A DNA stretch of 64,000 nucleotides, taken from Dictyostelium discoideum. Lineage: Eukaryota. Below are positions 23,428 through 45,520 of the stretch, in pieces; within the stretch, counting starts at the first letter, position 1, and each line of letters starts with the position of its first letter. The stretch covers positions 1,824,001 through 1,888,000 of the forward strand of contig CM000155.2 in assembly GCA_000004695.1 (NCBI GenBank), written 5' to 3'. The position numbers and the translations under genes are program-made. The notes below the pieces were generated by a model. The model made no database searches. It was not told the DNA's origin and saw only the letters and a program-made list of their open reading frames with translations.

Positions 23428-24828
23428 TTATTTCTTTTTTTTATTTTTAGGATTTAAATTATCATTTATAGTATTTGTTGTAGTAGAAGTAGTAGAAGTG
23501 GTTGATCTTGTTATAATTTTTCTTTTTAAATTTTCTTTTTCATTTTTTAAATTTTCTTTTTCATTTTTTAATTCAATTTTTAGATTATTATTATTATTAT
23601 TTTGATTTATTTCTTTTTTAATTTTAATATTTTTTGATTTTTCTTTAAATACTGATAATTCATTTGCAAAGAGTATAGTTTGAGCCCAACCTGCATGATC
23701 ACCGAAAATAGATTCCCAAAGGTTACTAATGTCTTGATAGAGTTTTGGAGTTAATGAAGAGGAGCTGTTTGCTAGAGAGGGTAGATATTTTTTAGAGATT
23801 TGATAGATATGAGTATCGATTGCAACGGCATTTGGATTATCCATTGACATTAGTGATACGCAATCAGCGACTTTCTTACCAACACCCATTAATGTTGTCA
23901 ACTCTTTTTGTACCTCTAAATGTGGTTTTAATTTCAACTGATTTAACCATTGTTCACCACCTTTTTCAATAACTTGTTTACATGATTCAACAATGTATTT
24001 TGATCTGTACCCGAATCCAAGATCATTCAATTCTTCTACTGTCGCATTTGACAATTGACTCAATGTTGGAAATTTATAATAATCCGTGTGATTGTAATCT
24101 GTGATTTTCGAACCGTACCCCACGATTAACTTATTCACAAGTGATGTAATTCTTGAGACATTATTATTTTGTGAACAAATGAAGCTGAATAAACAGTCAA
24201 CTGGATTCTGTCTAGTTAGACGAAGTCCGATGAATTTATCACAACTTTTTCGAAATTGGTGGTTTAATTGATGAAGTTTCTTATCACCGTTGTCATCATT
24301 GCCAATTTCATCGTTTCTCCATTTTTTAAATAATTGATTAATATCTAAATCTAGATAAAAGTAATTCTGTAAAGTTGAGATCCTATCTTGCATTTTCATT
24401 AATTCACTATCATGATTTATACGTTTCTCTGAATCTATGAATTTATATTCAATAATATCTTGTTCACTACCTTCTTTATATCTTAACACAATTATATTAT
24501 CACCAATAACTCCCACATATTCATTAACTATTTCATTTATTACTATTTCTTTCCAAATAAATGATTGTGCTGAAAATAATGTTTTTTTTAAATCTAATTT
24601 ATTTTTAAATAATTTTAATTCTTCCCAATTATTATTATTATTATTATTATCATTTTCATTTTTTATTATTGGTATTTTATTGTTATTATTATTATCATCG
24701 TTTTCATTTTTTATTTTTGGAATTTTATTAGTAGTAGTAGTTGTCATTTTAAATAAAATTTCTTTTTTTGTAGTTGTTGGTATTAATATTAAAAAATTAT
24801 TAAATTGTTTAGGTATAAATCTAAACAT
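23428..24828 (-). CDS. ogg1: 8-oxoguanine DNA glycosylase (OGG1; HhH-GPD superfamily), with N- and C-terminal low-complexity extensions.
   Basis: 466 aa ORF. LDLKKTLFSAQSFIWKE matches the OGG1 N-domain LDLVLPSGQSFRW. The HhH-GPD motif is LMGVGKKVADCVSLMSMDNPNAVAIDTHI, with the catalytic Lys and Asp in OGG1 positions. FGDHAGWAQTILF matches OGG1 WGPYAGWAQAVLF. Confidence 0.85.
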   Translation of the reverse strand: MFRFIPKQFNNFLILIPTTTKKEILFKMTTTTTNKIPKIKNENDDNNNNNKIPIIKNENDNNNNNNNWEELKLFKNKLDLKKTLFSAQSFIWKEIVINEIVNEYVGVIGDNIIVLRYKEGSEQDIIEYKFIDSEKRINHDSELMKMQDRISTLQNYFYLDLDINQLFKKWRNDEIGNDDNGDKKLHQLNHQFRKSCDKFIGLRLTRQNPVDCLFSFICSQNNNVSRITSLVNKLIVGYGSKITDYNHTDYYKFPTLSQLSNATVEELNDLGFGYRSKYIVESCKQVIEKGGEQWLNQLKLKPHLEVQKELTTLMGVGKKVADCVSLMSMDNPNAVAIDTHIYQISKKYLPSLANSSSSLTPKLYQDISNLWESIFGDHAGWAQTILFANELSVFKEKSKNIKIKKEINQNNNNNNLKIELKNEKENLKNEKENLKRKIITRSTTSTTSTTTNTINDNLNPKNKKKK

Positions 24829-25017
24829 ATATGTATGTATTTGAGAAAAGAAATTTCACATAAAAATAAGAAAAAGTAAAAAACATTTTTTTTTTTTTTT
24901 TTTATTTTTTTGTTTTTTTTTTTTTTTTTTAAAAAATCCATAACACGAAATAAAATTTTATTTTTTTAATTTTTTTTATTTTTAATTTCATCTTATAATA
25001 ATTAAAATAAATAAACG

Positions 25018-25878
25018 ATGAATTCATCATCAAATATAATTTATAAAAGTTTTAAAAATTCAAAAATATTTTTAAATAAACAATGTATTATTAATAATGG
25101 TTTAAAATTAAATAAAAAATATTTTACAACAACTTCAACAAAAGAAAATAATAATAATAATAATAATAAAAATCCAAAATTTATTGAAAATAATTTATTT
25201 CAAAAAGGATTATTAACAATTGGTAGTGCATTTGTTGCATTTATAAATCCAGGAAGAGGTGATATGGTTGCAACATTGGGTGAAATGACAGGTGGTTGTG
25301 CAATTAAATCAATGAAACAAAAGATGATGTTAGATCCAATTGGTAGACAATTGTTAAAGGAGAAACCTAGAATTAAAGAATCAACTTACCCATTGAATAT
25401 ACATTTATTACCATCAACTACATTTGGTGGTGCATACTATAGATGGATGAAAGAACATGGTTATTCACCTGATGAAAGAACAGAGGTTACTTTGATTCAA
25501 GATGAAGATGATGCTTACGTTATGCAAAGGTATAGAGAAGTACATGATTTTTGGCATGTCCTTGCCGGTGTTAGACCAGATTTTCAAGGTGAAGTTGCAA
25601 TAAAATGGTTTGAATTCTTACAAACTGGTTTACCAATGAATGCTATCGGTTCAATTATAGGTCCATTACGTTGTTCTTGGAATGAAAGAAACGAATTAAT
25701 CAATCATATGATACCATGGGCTATAAAATCTTCAAAATCTTGTGTTTATCTAATGAATGTCAAATATGAAGATCATTGGGAAGATGATCTTAATGAATTT
25801 AGGGCTAAATTAAATTTTATACCTTATAAATATTTATCTGATATTAATCAAAATAAAACGACAACTATCAATATGTAA
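25018..25878 (+). CDS. coq4: Ubiquinone biosynthesis protein COQ4, mitochondrial.
   Basis: 286 aa [50 protein letters not shown] is the COQ4 HDxxH-x11-E zinc-binding signature, nearly identical to the human/yeast consensus. The N-terminus is presequence-like. Confidence 0.9.
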
Positions 25879-25959
25879 TAAAATGAAATTATTTAAAAAT
25901 AATAAAAAAACAAAAATAAATAAAAAGAGGAAATTAAAAAAAAAAAAAAAAAAAAAAAA

Positions 25960-26850
25960 TCTCAACCTCTTTCTTCAACATCTCAACCTCTTTCTCCTCG
26001 TAATACCAACAAAATCTCTTCTCTATGGGAATTGATTCAATTCCAATACTACATACTTTTTCACCTCTTTGATTTTCAACTTTCATTATTTCCAAATTTG
26101 TTCAATTCCTCCTCAAATCCCTATCATCCCAATCTTAAATACAGACATGAAATGCAATTGTAAACTTTATTACAACTTCATCTTCAATCATCTCTCTCAT
26201 CGTATTAAAAGAATGATTCTATTTCAAAAACATCAATCGTGAAGCAATCATCGACAAATGGTCAAACCTTTACATTCCTCCAAAAATGAAAAGAAATTGT
26301 TGGCACAAAAGATTACATTACCTATCAAAGACTCTCCATCTCTATAAAACAATACAACCAGAGAAGCTATTTGTCCCGACTGTCCAGTGACTTCCTTGCA
26401 GCCTCTTCAATCAGGTCATGCAACCCCGTTATAAACTATTCCAACTATTACGGTATATTCAATTACTATACTTTGAAGCCTTTAACAAACATCCAATCAA
26501 CAATGTTAATTACTGGAAACATTATTGGTCACCAATAGTGACCAAATTAATATAGATTTAAATCCAAAGACTACTGATACACTCTGGACTGTATAATGAT
26601 TATTACCATCTCTGGAAGTCATATACTAACCATGTCTTTGGTAATCAAAGATATACCACTGAAAGAGTACTGCTCAACACATACAAATCCATTGAATTCA
26701 TACAACTCAAGGAAAATCAACGTACTGAATTCAACAAGAACTTCACAAATCCCTCTTTCCATATTAATTTCTAATCACAACTTTAAAAGATTTCATTCTG
26801 TTTTTTTAAAAATTAAATCCAAAACAAAAATAAAAAAAAATAAAAAAATC
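25960..26850. other. ~900 bp ORF-free island with atypical composition (about 35-40% GC, C much greater than G on the + strand) immediately downstream of coq4.
   Basis: A sharp contrast with flanking >90% AT spacer. There is a strong C-over-G strand skew (CTCAACCTCTTTCTTCAACATCTCAACCTCTTTCTCCTCG...) and no ORF over 85 aa in any frame. It could be a transposon remnant, a long ncRNA or an unusual UTR. Confidence 0.3.
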
Positions 26851-27061
26851 TGATCAGATTTTTTTAAAAGAAAATTGGTTCGATAAAAAAAAAAATGGTT
26901 TTTTTATGATATTTATTTCTGGGTTTGAAAATATCTTTTTTTTTTCTACTAACAAAACATGTTTTGTTTTTTTTTAATTTTATTTTATTTTTTTTTTTAT
27001 TTTTTTTTATTTTTCTTTATTTTTTATTTTTTATTAAATATCTCCAACCGTCATTTAAAAG

Positions 27062-27101
<40 letters not shown>

Positions 27102-27268
27102 AAAAAACCATTTTTAAAATTTTTATTTTTTTAATTTTTTTTGTACAAAACACAATATTCGCACAACGCATTTCATAAAAACAAATTAAAAACCTATCTA
27201 TTTTTTCTTTTTTTTTTTTTATTTTTTTTTATTTATTTTTATATATTTATTTATAAAAAAAAAAAAAA

Positions 27269-29150
27269 ATGGATTGTGTTATTACAAGTGGATGGTTACA
27301 AAAATGGTCATCAAAAGTTTTATCAGAAAGTGAAAGATCAATTTTGGATAGATCATGTTCCGGTACTTATCATTCATCAATGGCAACACATGGAGAAGGT
27401 TCTTTAAAAGCAAGATGGTTTATATTACAAAATGATTTTTTAAATTATTATGATAGGCCACCTGTAAGTTTTTTAAATTTATTAAAAAATAAATAAAAAA
27501 AAAAGAAATTAAATTTAAAATTACTAATTTTTTTTTTTTTCTTTTTTTTTTTCTTTTATTTATTTAAAAAAAAAAAAGAAAAAAATTCAAGATTATACAT
27601 GCTTAAAAGGTCAAATTTATTTAAGAGGATGTAAATTAAAACATGGAGGATTAATAACACCAATATATCAACATTGGTCAATTGGAGTTGCACCAAATAC
27701 ATCAGGTAGTAATCAAGTTTGGAAATCAATAGTTGATCAACATCAAGTGAATGGACAAATGACAATATCATTGGTTACACCAAATGGTGTGGAATATTCA
27801 TTCACCAATATGGGAGGATTGACAAATGAAGATACAATTAAAAATTTAGAGAATTGGGCATACTCAATTTCTTATGCAATCTTTTTATCAAATAAAACTA
27901 AAGATGAACCAATGTGTGGTTGGTTAAATAAACGTGGTGAGAAAGGTCATCAATTTAAAAATACAAAACGTCGTTGGTGTACACTTCAAGGTACAAAGTT
28001 ACGTTATTTCTCTTCAATTCCAAAACATAATAAAATCGGTTCACTTAAAGGTATAATAGATTTAACTCATCTTTCAGAGATTGCTGATAAAGTATTAACA
28101 GAAGTACGTTCTAAAAATGGTACATTGGTTAGTAATGGTAATCAAGATTGGAATGCTCAAAAACCATTAACCAATGGTATAGGTAGTAGTGGAGGTGGAG
28201 GTGGTTTAGATTGTTTTGGTAATAATAATCAAAGTTTTAGTTCTTCTTCTTCTTCACCCTCATCATCATCTACAACAATATCATCTTCACCAAATAATAA
28301 TTCGTCATCATCGTCATCAATACAAGAATTTGATGAAGTTTCAACTATTGTAGCATTATCATTAACAATAAATAATGAGAAAAAGTATGTTTTAATTTTC
28401 GATAATAAAGAGGATAGAATTAAATGGGTAAATGCAATTACAGCAGCAGTTGAGAAATCATATACATCTGGTAATGCATTGGCAGAGACAGTTGGAGGTG
28501 GTGATGTTTTTCAAAGTATAAATAATAATAATGATAAGCAAGTGTTGGTATCAGGTTGGATGAGAAAAACTAAAGCAAACAAATGGTGGGAGAAAAGATT
28601 TTTCCAACTTACACAAAATAGTTTAATCTACTACAAAGAGGATCCACCTCAGAAAACATTGGGTTCAATATTTCTATTGGTTTCATCATGTAGAATTATA
28701 AAACAAAAGAGTTTAGATTCTTTGGATTGGTGTTTTAGTATAGCCGATAGTAGAGGTGTAGAATACTTTTTCAATACAGAAACTTCCGATCAAATGGAAC
28801 GTTGGATTAAAGCAATTAAAGTTGCTAGAAAAAAAATGTTATTATCATTATTGGATCAAGGTGGTAAATTAATCATTCCAATTACAATTGGTAAGGATTG
28901 TGGTTTAATCACTGTTCAAACTAAAGAATCAATTCGTGTAAACTCTCTTTCTAATAAATTGGCATTTGAAATTCCAATGCCAAATGTAAAGTCAGTTTCA
29001 GTTTCAGGTGATCAAAAATTAGATGTTTCTTTCTTACCTTTGGATGGTGAAGTTTCTGAAAAAAAAGTGGAATTTATAACTCAAAATCCACATGGTGTAT
29101 TACAATTATTTAAAGATTTATTCTCTTCTCAAGAAAATACTATAAATTAA
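27269..29150 (+). CDS. Triple pleckstrin-homology (PH) domain protein. Exon 1 27269..27463, intron 27464..27578, exon 2 27579..29150.
   Basis: A GTAAGT donor after ...NYYDRPP and an AG acceptor at 27577/78 join in frame to KKIQDYTCLKGQIYLRGCKL.... There are three PH-like cores: SGWLQKWSSK...ARWFIL, CGWLNKRGEKGHQFKNTKRRWCTLQGTKLRYF (split by a Ser-rich insert, resuming at ...IKWVNAITAAV), and SGWMRKTKANKWWEKRFFQLTQNSLIYYK...ERWIKAIKVARKK. Confidence 0.75.
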
Positions 29151-29348
29151 TATATATATATATAATATTTATTTTAATAAACAAAAAAAAAAAACAAATA
29201 AAAAAAAAATAAAAAAAAAAAAGAAAAAAACAATTATTTTGTAAAATATGAAATCCATATATAAATATTTCTTTTTTACATTTTATTTTTTATACAATTA
29301 ATAAAAAAAAAAAATAAAAAAAAATAAAAACAAACAATAAAATTTTAT

Positions 29349-35570
<6,222 letters not shown>

Positions 35571-36015
35571 TGTATCTTTTTTTTTTTCGATTTTTTTTTT
35601 TTTTTTTTTTTGTTATTTTAATCTATAATTATAGTTTTATTTACTATCTATATAGATAGGTTTTTTTTTTCGTTTTATTTTATTTATTACACCACTCGCT
35701 TGTTCTTTTTTTTTTTTTTTTTTGATTTGTTCTTTTTCAAATATAAAAGAATTCCACAAATTAAAAAAAAAAAAAAAAAAAAAATTAAAAAATGAAAAAA
35801 TAAAAAAAAAAATAAAAATAAAATAAAAATAAAAAAAAAAAAAAATAAAAAAAATAAAATAAATAAAAAAAAAAAAATAAAAAAAAAAAAAATAAAAAAA
35901 ATAAAAATCAACTAAAAACCAAAAACCAAAAATAAATAAATAAATTAAAAATGAAAAACAGAAGAAAATTTTATTTAGAATATTTACAAAATTATTGGTT
36001 TTAAAAACAAACTCT

Positions 36016-38884
<2,869 letters not shown>

Positions 38885-40393
38885 TATAGGTAATTGAGGG
38901 AACCAATTTGGACTGATTCTAAAAAATTGAAAAATTTTTATTTATCTTTTTTTTTTTTTTAAATTTTATATTATTATTTTTTAATCTGCTCTTTCATTAT
39001 TAAGTCCTATTCTTTTAAAAATAAATTAATAAAAAAATAAAAAAAATAAAAAAAAATTAAAAAAAAAAATAAAAAAAGAAGAAAAAGTTAAAGTTAATAA
39101 AATTAATATTAACAACTAATATTGATGATTTATTTATTTTAAAACAACTATTTAAAATAAATTACTAGTAATTATTTATTATGAATTGTATCGAAAAAAA
39201 AAAAAAATTTAAAAAAAATAAAAAAAAAATTTTACCAACTGTTTTTGTTTTGTTTTTTTTTTTTTTTTTTTTTTAATTTTAATAAATTTTAAAAACAAAA
39301 ATTAAAAAAAACTAAAGAAAATTAAAAAAAAGAAAATAAATAATAAAAAATATTATTTTTTTTTTTTTACCTATTAAAAGCTTGAAAAATTTTATATGTG
39401 TAAATAATTTCTTTTTTTTTTTTTGGGAAGTTAAATTTTTACCAAACTAAAAAAAAAATAAATTAAAAAATTGAAAAAAAAAAAAAAAAAAAAATTTTAA
39501 AAAAAAAAAAAATTAATAATAAAAAACAAAAAAAATAAAAATAAAGAAAATTGAATGTTTTGTTTTATAAATATATAATAATTGAGTGTGTTTAAAAAAA
39601 ATAAAAAAATAAAAAAATTAAAAAAAATAAAAAAAGGGAAAAAAAAATATAAAATAAAAAAAAAAAATAAAATAAATATTTAAAACCTCTTGTTATTACC
39701 CCCCCTAAAGAATAATAATAAAAAAATTAAAAAAAAATAAAATTGGAATAGAATTAAAATGAAACGGAAATAAAAATATTTAAAAAAACTAAAGTAAGAA
39801 ATAATTAGTAATCCTCTTTTGCTATAATCCGTGGCACAAAAATAAAAAAATAAAAAAAAAAAATAAAAAAAAAAAATAAAAAAAAATAAAAAAAGAAAAC
39901 TTTAGGTACATTCGGTGTATTCAATACTTTATATTTTTATTATTTTTTTTTTTTTTTTTTTTATTTATTTTATTTGTGTATTTGTAAATTTTAGTGTAAT
40001 CACGATTCAGAAACAGATATTTTTGTCATGAGGGAAACAAAAAAAATTTTAAATAAAAAAAAAATTAAAAAAATTAAAAAATAAATATTTTTTCTAATTT
40101 TTGAAGAAAAAAAAAAAAATCATAAAAAAAAAAAATAAAATAAAAAAAAAAAAAAATAAAAAAGAATCAAAAAAAAAAAAAAAAAAAAAAAAAACCTAAC
40201 ACATTTTAGATTTAAAAAAGGAAAAAAAAAAAAAAAAAAAACAAAACACACTCCACCTGTATTATATCTTTTTTTCATATAAATATATATATATTTTTTT
40301 TTAAAAATAATAAAAAATAATAACAACTCATTTGCATCATCGCTTTTTGTAAACTAGAGGGAAGAAAAAAAATATAAATAAAAAAAAAAAAAA

Positions 40394-40586
40394 ATGCCAA
40401 TTGGAGACTACGAATTACACAAAGAAATTGGAAAGTATGTATATTATAACAATTCGACCCACACATAAACACACCTCATATAGATATATTATGTATATTT
40501 TTTTTTTTTTAAAAAAAAAAAAATAATAAAAAAATAAATAAATAAATATGTATATATAAAAATAAGTTTTGTTTAATAATAAAAAG

Positions 40587-40620
<34 letters not shown>

Positions 40621-41239
40621 CCCTTATATTATAAGAGAACAATTAATTATTATTCAATTAATTTATCTTTTTCCCAAAAAAACCTCCTTGATTCTAGCTA
40701 TCCACCATTTTATTATTTTAATTATTATTTTATTATTATTATTATTATTATTGTTTTATCATTTTGATTTGTTATTTTTTAGTTATAATAATAAGAAAGT
40801 TATACCCTTTTTTAATCAATTGTCTCAGGTCAAGGCATAATTTCTATTTTTATTTTTTTCAAATTTTTTTATTTTTTTAGGCGATTTTCCTTTTGCCAAA
40901 ATAAAAAAAAAAATAAAAAAATAAAAAAAATAATAAAATGGAATAAAAATCAAAAAACAAAAAACAAAAAATAAAATAAATATTAACCAAATTAAATAAT
41001 ATTTATAAATATTAATAATAAATAAAAATAAAAAAAAAAAAAAAAAAAGAGGTGCTTTTTCAGTTGTATTTTTAGTAACAGAAAAGAAGACAAAAAAACA
41101 ATGGGCAATGAAAATTATTGATAAAAAATCATCATCCAAAGCTGCATTAGAGACAGAAATTGAAATTATGAAAAAAGTAGACCACCCAAGTATGTAGGAA
41201 AATAAAAGAAATTTTTTTTTAAATAGTTATTTTAAAATA

Positions 41240-41283
<44 letters not shown>

Positions 41284-42302
41284 ATTTTTATTTTAATTTA
41301 TTAATTTTTAATATTTCTTCCTTTATTAATTAATTATTAATTATTAATAATTAATTATTAATAATTAATTATTAATAATTAAATTTTTATTATTATTAGA
41401 TATTGTAAAGATGCATGAATATTTCGAATCAACAGATAAAATTTATTTAGTTGTAGAATTGGTAACAGGTGGTCCATTATTTGATAGAATTGTCGATAAA
41501 AAATCATTCACAGAGAAAGAAGCAAAATTAATTACTCAACAATTACTCCAATCATTAGTTTATTTACATTCAATTGGTATTGTTCATAGAGATTTAAAAC
41601 CAGAGAATTTATTATTAAAAACACCAACCGATTTAACTGTTGCACTTTCAGATTTTGGTCTCTCCAAAATTGTCGGGGATGACGTTTTTATGAAAACTAC
41701 TTGTGGCACTCCATCCTACGTTGCACCAGAAGTATTAAATAATATTTCAAATTCTCCAACAGCCTATAGTGATGCTGTTGATATGTGGGGTGTTGGTGTT
41801 ATTACTTATATTTTGTATGTATTTTTATAATTATAATTATAATTATTATTATTTTTTTTAAAAAAAAAAAAAAAATCCAACGAAAAAAAAAAAAAAATTA
41901 ATTAATATATTAATTTTTTTTTTTTATTTTATTTTTTATTTTTAAATTTATTTTAGATTATGTGGTTTTCCACCATTTTATAGTGAAGATATTAGAAAAT
42001 TATTTGAATCAATTTTATCAGCAAGTTATGATTTTCCAAATGATTATTGGGGTAATGTTAGTAAAGAAGCTAAACATTTCATTAATTGTTTATTAACAGT
42101 TGAACCAACAAAGAGATATTCCGCCAAACAAGCCCTTGAACATCCATGGATAATTGAAAATAATCAAACACAACCATTACCACATTGGAATGATCAAATT
42201 AAGAAATATATGGTTATTAGAAGAAAAGAATCTCAAAAATTTGGTGCTGAATTAGTTTGGAAACCACAAGCCCAAACTACAAATGTTAAACCAACTAAAT
42301 AA
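40394..42302 (+). CDS. CaMK-family Ser/Thr protein kinase, myosin-light-chain-kinase-like (paralog of Dictyostelium MLCK-A type kinases). Four exons: 40394..40434, 41050..41189, 41400..41814 and 41957..42302.
   Basis: The assembled protein is MPIGDYELHKEIGKGAFSVVFLVTEKKTKKQWAMKIIDKK...[38 protein letters not shown]...IVHRDLKPENLLL...SDFGLSK...GTPSYVAPEVL...[20 protein letters not shown]...HPWI.... All kinase subdomains (GxGxxS/V, VAIK-like AMK, HRDLKPEN, DFG, APE) are present and in order. Donors are GTATGT and acceptors are AG after T-rich tracts. Intron 1 is unusually long (615 nt). Confidence 0.8.
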
Positions 42303-42597
42303 AATATTTTTCTATTCAAAATTAAATATAATAATTTTTTTAAAAAAAAAAAAAAAAAATAAAAAAAAACCAAAAAACCAAAAAACCAAAAAAAAAAAAA
42401 TAAATAAACTAAAAATGAAAATCAGGAATCAAAACTAGTTAACGAAAGGAAATTATTATTTTTATTTTTTTTTTTTTATTTTTTTTTATTTTTATTTTTT
42501 CGTTTTTTCATTCTGCACCAAAAAAAAAAAAATATCTTTTTTTTTTTTTTTTTTTTTTTTTTTTGAAATAGAAAAATTATATTAAAAAAAAAAAAAA

Positions 42598-43916
42598 ATG
42601 ATAAAAGGAATTAAATTATTTAATAATTTTACAAATACAAAACAAATTTTATTTTTTAGAAGTTTTTCAACAGCAGCAAAAGGTGATAGATTAAAAGCAT
42701 CACATTATGTAAAAACAAGAGGATCATGTAAATCAATTTCAATTGTTGGTTTACCAAATATTGGTAAATCAACATTTTTTAATGCATTAACAAGTTCAAA
42801 TGCAGCAATGGCAGCTGTAAATATCTCAAATTTATTTATTTATTTTCCTATTTTATTATTTATTATATTAACTTTTTTTTAATTTTTTTTTTTTTTTTAA
42901 AAAAGAATTTTCCATTTTGTACAATTGACCCAAATATTGGTAAAGTTTTTGTACCAGATGAAAGATTAGATTATATATCAGATTTATTAAAAACTAAAAG
43001 TAAAATTGGAGTACAATTAGAGTTTGTTGATGTTGCAGGTTTAATTAAAGGTGCAGCAGATGGTGAAGGTTTAGGTAATAAATTTTTAGGTAATATTAGA
43101 CAAACATCATTGATTTGTCATTTAGTACGTTGTTTTGAAGATAAAGGTATTACACATGTTAGTGATGAAATAGATCCAATTCGTGATATTGAAACCATAG
43201 AGACTGAATTGATTTTAGCAGATTTACAATCATTAGAGAAAATGTTAACTGAAGGTAAAAAGAAACAGTCAAATCCAGAATTACAAATGAAATTTGATTT
43301 GGTTAAAAGAATTTCAGAATATCTTCATAAAGGTTTACCAGCAAGGGATGTAGAAATCACCGATATGGAATGGCCAGTTTTCCACTCCCTACATTTACTC
43401 ACCTCAAAACCTACCATTTACACATGTAACGTTGCAGAAGGTGATGCTGCAACCGGTAACAAATATACAGATTTAGTTAAAGAGTATAGTAAATCCAAGG
43501 GATTGGAAATTGAACCAGTTGTAATCTCTGCTAAAATCGAATCGGAATTAGCAAATATGGAAGGTAATGATGAAACTAAAAAAGAGTTTCTTCAATTATA
43601 TGGTTTGGAGAATAATGGTCTTTCAAAAGTTATCAATGGTGCTTATAAATTATTGGGTTTACAATCTTATTATACCGCTTCTTCAAATGAATGTCATGCT
43701 TGGACTTTTAAAGCTGGCTGGACAGCTCCAAAAGCTGCTGGTGTAATTCATTCAGATTTCGAAAAAGGTTTCATTAAATGTGATACTATTTCCTATAACG
43801 ATTTCATTGAATGTAAAGGTGATGAAAAAATTGCAAAAGAAAAAGGTAAACAAAGATCTGAAGGTAAAGCTTATATTGTAAATGATGGTGATATTTTATT
43901 CTTTAAATTTAATTAA
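42598..43916 (+). CDS. Obg-like ATPase 1 (OLA1/YchF family P-loop GTPase/ATPase) with an N-terminal presequence-like extension. Exon 1 42598..42816, intron 42817..42905, exon 2 42906..43916.
   Basis: P-loop IVGLPNIGKSTFFNALT. A GTAAAT donor after ...SNAAMAA and an AG acceptor join to NFPFCTIDPNIGKVFVPDERLDYISDLL.... Further matches are VDVAGLIKGAADGEGLGNKFLGNIR, HLVRCFED..ITHV, DPIRDIE.IE.EL, WTFKAGWTAPKAAGVIHSDFEKGFI and the C-terminal TGS-like YIVNDGDILFFKFN. Together these are diagnostic of OLA1/YchF. Confidence 0.85.
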
Positions 43917-44073
43917 AAAAACAAAAAAAATAATAATAATTTTTTTTTTTTTTTTTTTTTTCTTAAACAATCCCCGCCCCCAAATAAAATTATTTTTATA
44001 AATTCTCTTTTTTTAACAAAAATCATTAATTAAATTAATTATTTAATACAATCACACACACAAAAATAACACT

Positions 44074-44118
<45 letters not shown>

Positions 44119-44426
44119 ATAACATCACACAATATATTTTAACCACACACCACAATAAAGTTGGGCACTCTAAAAAAAGGTTATGTGCTGTTAAAAAATT
44201 AATTATAATTTAAAATTATTTATTTTTATTTTTGTTAATATTAAACTAAAAATAGAATCGACTCATTATTCTGAGTGTTCTTTTTATTTTATTTTTTTTT
44301 TTTTTTTTTCACAAAAGTTATAAAATTTTAATTTAAATTATTATTGTTATTATTTTTAATTATTTTTTATATAAAAGTTTACAAATTCTAATAATATAAA
44401 AAAATATAAAAAAAAAGAAATAAAAT

Positions 44427-45042
44427 ATGGTACAAAATGAAAATAAAGAATTTATTATACTTATTTCAGTCAAAATTATTTCAATATTTTTGATTTCTTT
44501 TCATTTAAAAATTGACAGTATTGTGTCACCAATAGTTACAAAGATTTTATCAAATTTAATTATATTTTTTTTAGGAAAATTTCCATTCTTTAAAGAAGAA
44601 AATTGTATTAAACATAAAAATCATATTTTTTATGATTTATTATTAACACTTTTCCATGTAATTTTGGATATATTTTCTTTGGAGGTAAAAAATTTTCTAA
44701 ACATATTAACTATTGGCTCACAACATATATATGCAATTTTCGTTGATTTTAAGGTAATTACTTTTTTTTTTAAAAATAAAAAAATATAAAAAAAAAACAT
44801 ATACTCATAAAAATTTAAATTATATTTAGAACCTTTATAATTACAAAAAAGAAAAAGAGTTTGACCTTTGTGATTATGAGAATTTACAAATAGAAAACCA
44901 AAAATTAAGTAAAGAGAATATAAAAAAAGACAAAGAGATTGAAGAATTAAATTTATTTTTGAAAAGCTTAGTTCCTAAAGGAATTTTATATGTTCCTTTA
45001 AAAAAGAAAAAAATTAAAAATGAAATCTTTTTCGAATATTAA
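44427..45042 (+). CDS. Hypothetical 2-exon gene (exon 1 44427..44753, intron 44754..44829, exon 2 44830..45042). The N-terminal half is hydrophobic (membrane), followed by a coiled-coil tail.
   Basis: A GTAATT donor follows ...VDFK. The TTTAG acceptor opens the in-frame exon NLYNYKKEKEFDLCDYENLQIENQKLSKENIKKDKEIEELNLFLKSLVPKGILYVPLKKKKIKNEIFFEY*. Exon 1 is very AT/Ile-rich, so a spurious call is possible. Confidence 0.35.
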
Positions 45043-45423
45043 AGGTGTTATAAAATTTACAAAAAATAAATGTATTGTTTATATTAATATATATTAATTT
45101 TTTTTATTTTTTTTATTTTCAACCATTTTTTTATTTTTTAAATAAATGTATTGTTTATATTAAAATATAATAATTTTTTTTATTTTTTTATTTTCAACTA
45201 ATTTTTTTTAAAAAATTATGATTTTTCCAATATATCATTTTTTCAAAATTTTCTAAAATAAATGAATATTTGTTTTCTTTTTATTTCCATTTTTATATTT
45301 ATTTGTAATTATATTTTAATCTTATTGAAATAATTTCCTTATTTTTTTTTGTTACATTTGTTAATAAAATAACAGTTATTTTTTGGCTATTTAAGTTAAA
45401 AAATTTCATTATGTTTATTGTGT

Positions 45424-45494
45424 GGGAAATTAGTTAAGTGGTATAATGTTATCTTAGGGTGATAGCGTCCTGAGTTCGATTCTCGGATTTCCCC
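45424..45494 (+). tRNA. tRNA-Pro (anticodon AGG)
   Basis: Acceptor GGGAAAT/ATTTCCC, anticodon stem TTATC/GATAG with loop TTAGGGT, T-arm CTGAGTTCGATTCTCGG, discriminator C. Confidence 0.85.
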
Positions 45495-45520
45495 CAAAAA
45501 TGTTTACCTGCACCAAAATC

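Noticed and set aside
24437-24844. ORF 24437..24844 + antisense to the OGG1 N-terminus.
   Set aside because: Antisense of the Asn-rich N-terminal extension. Hydrophobic low-complexity translation.
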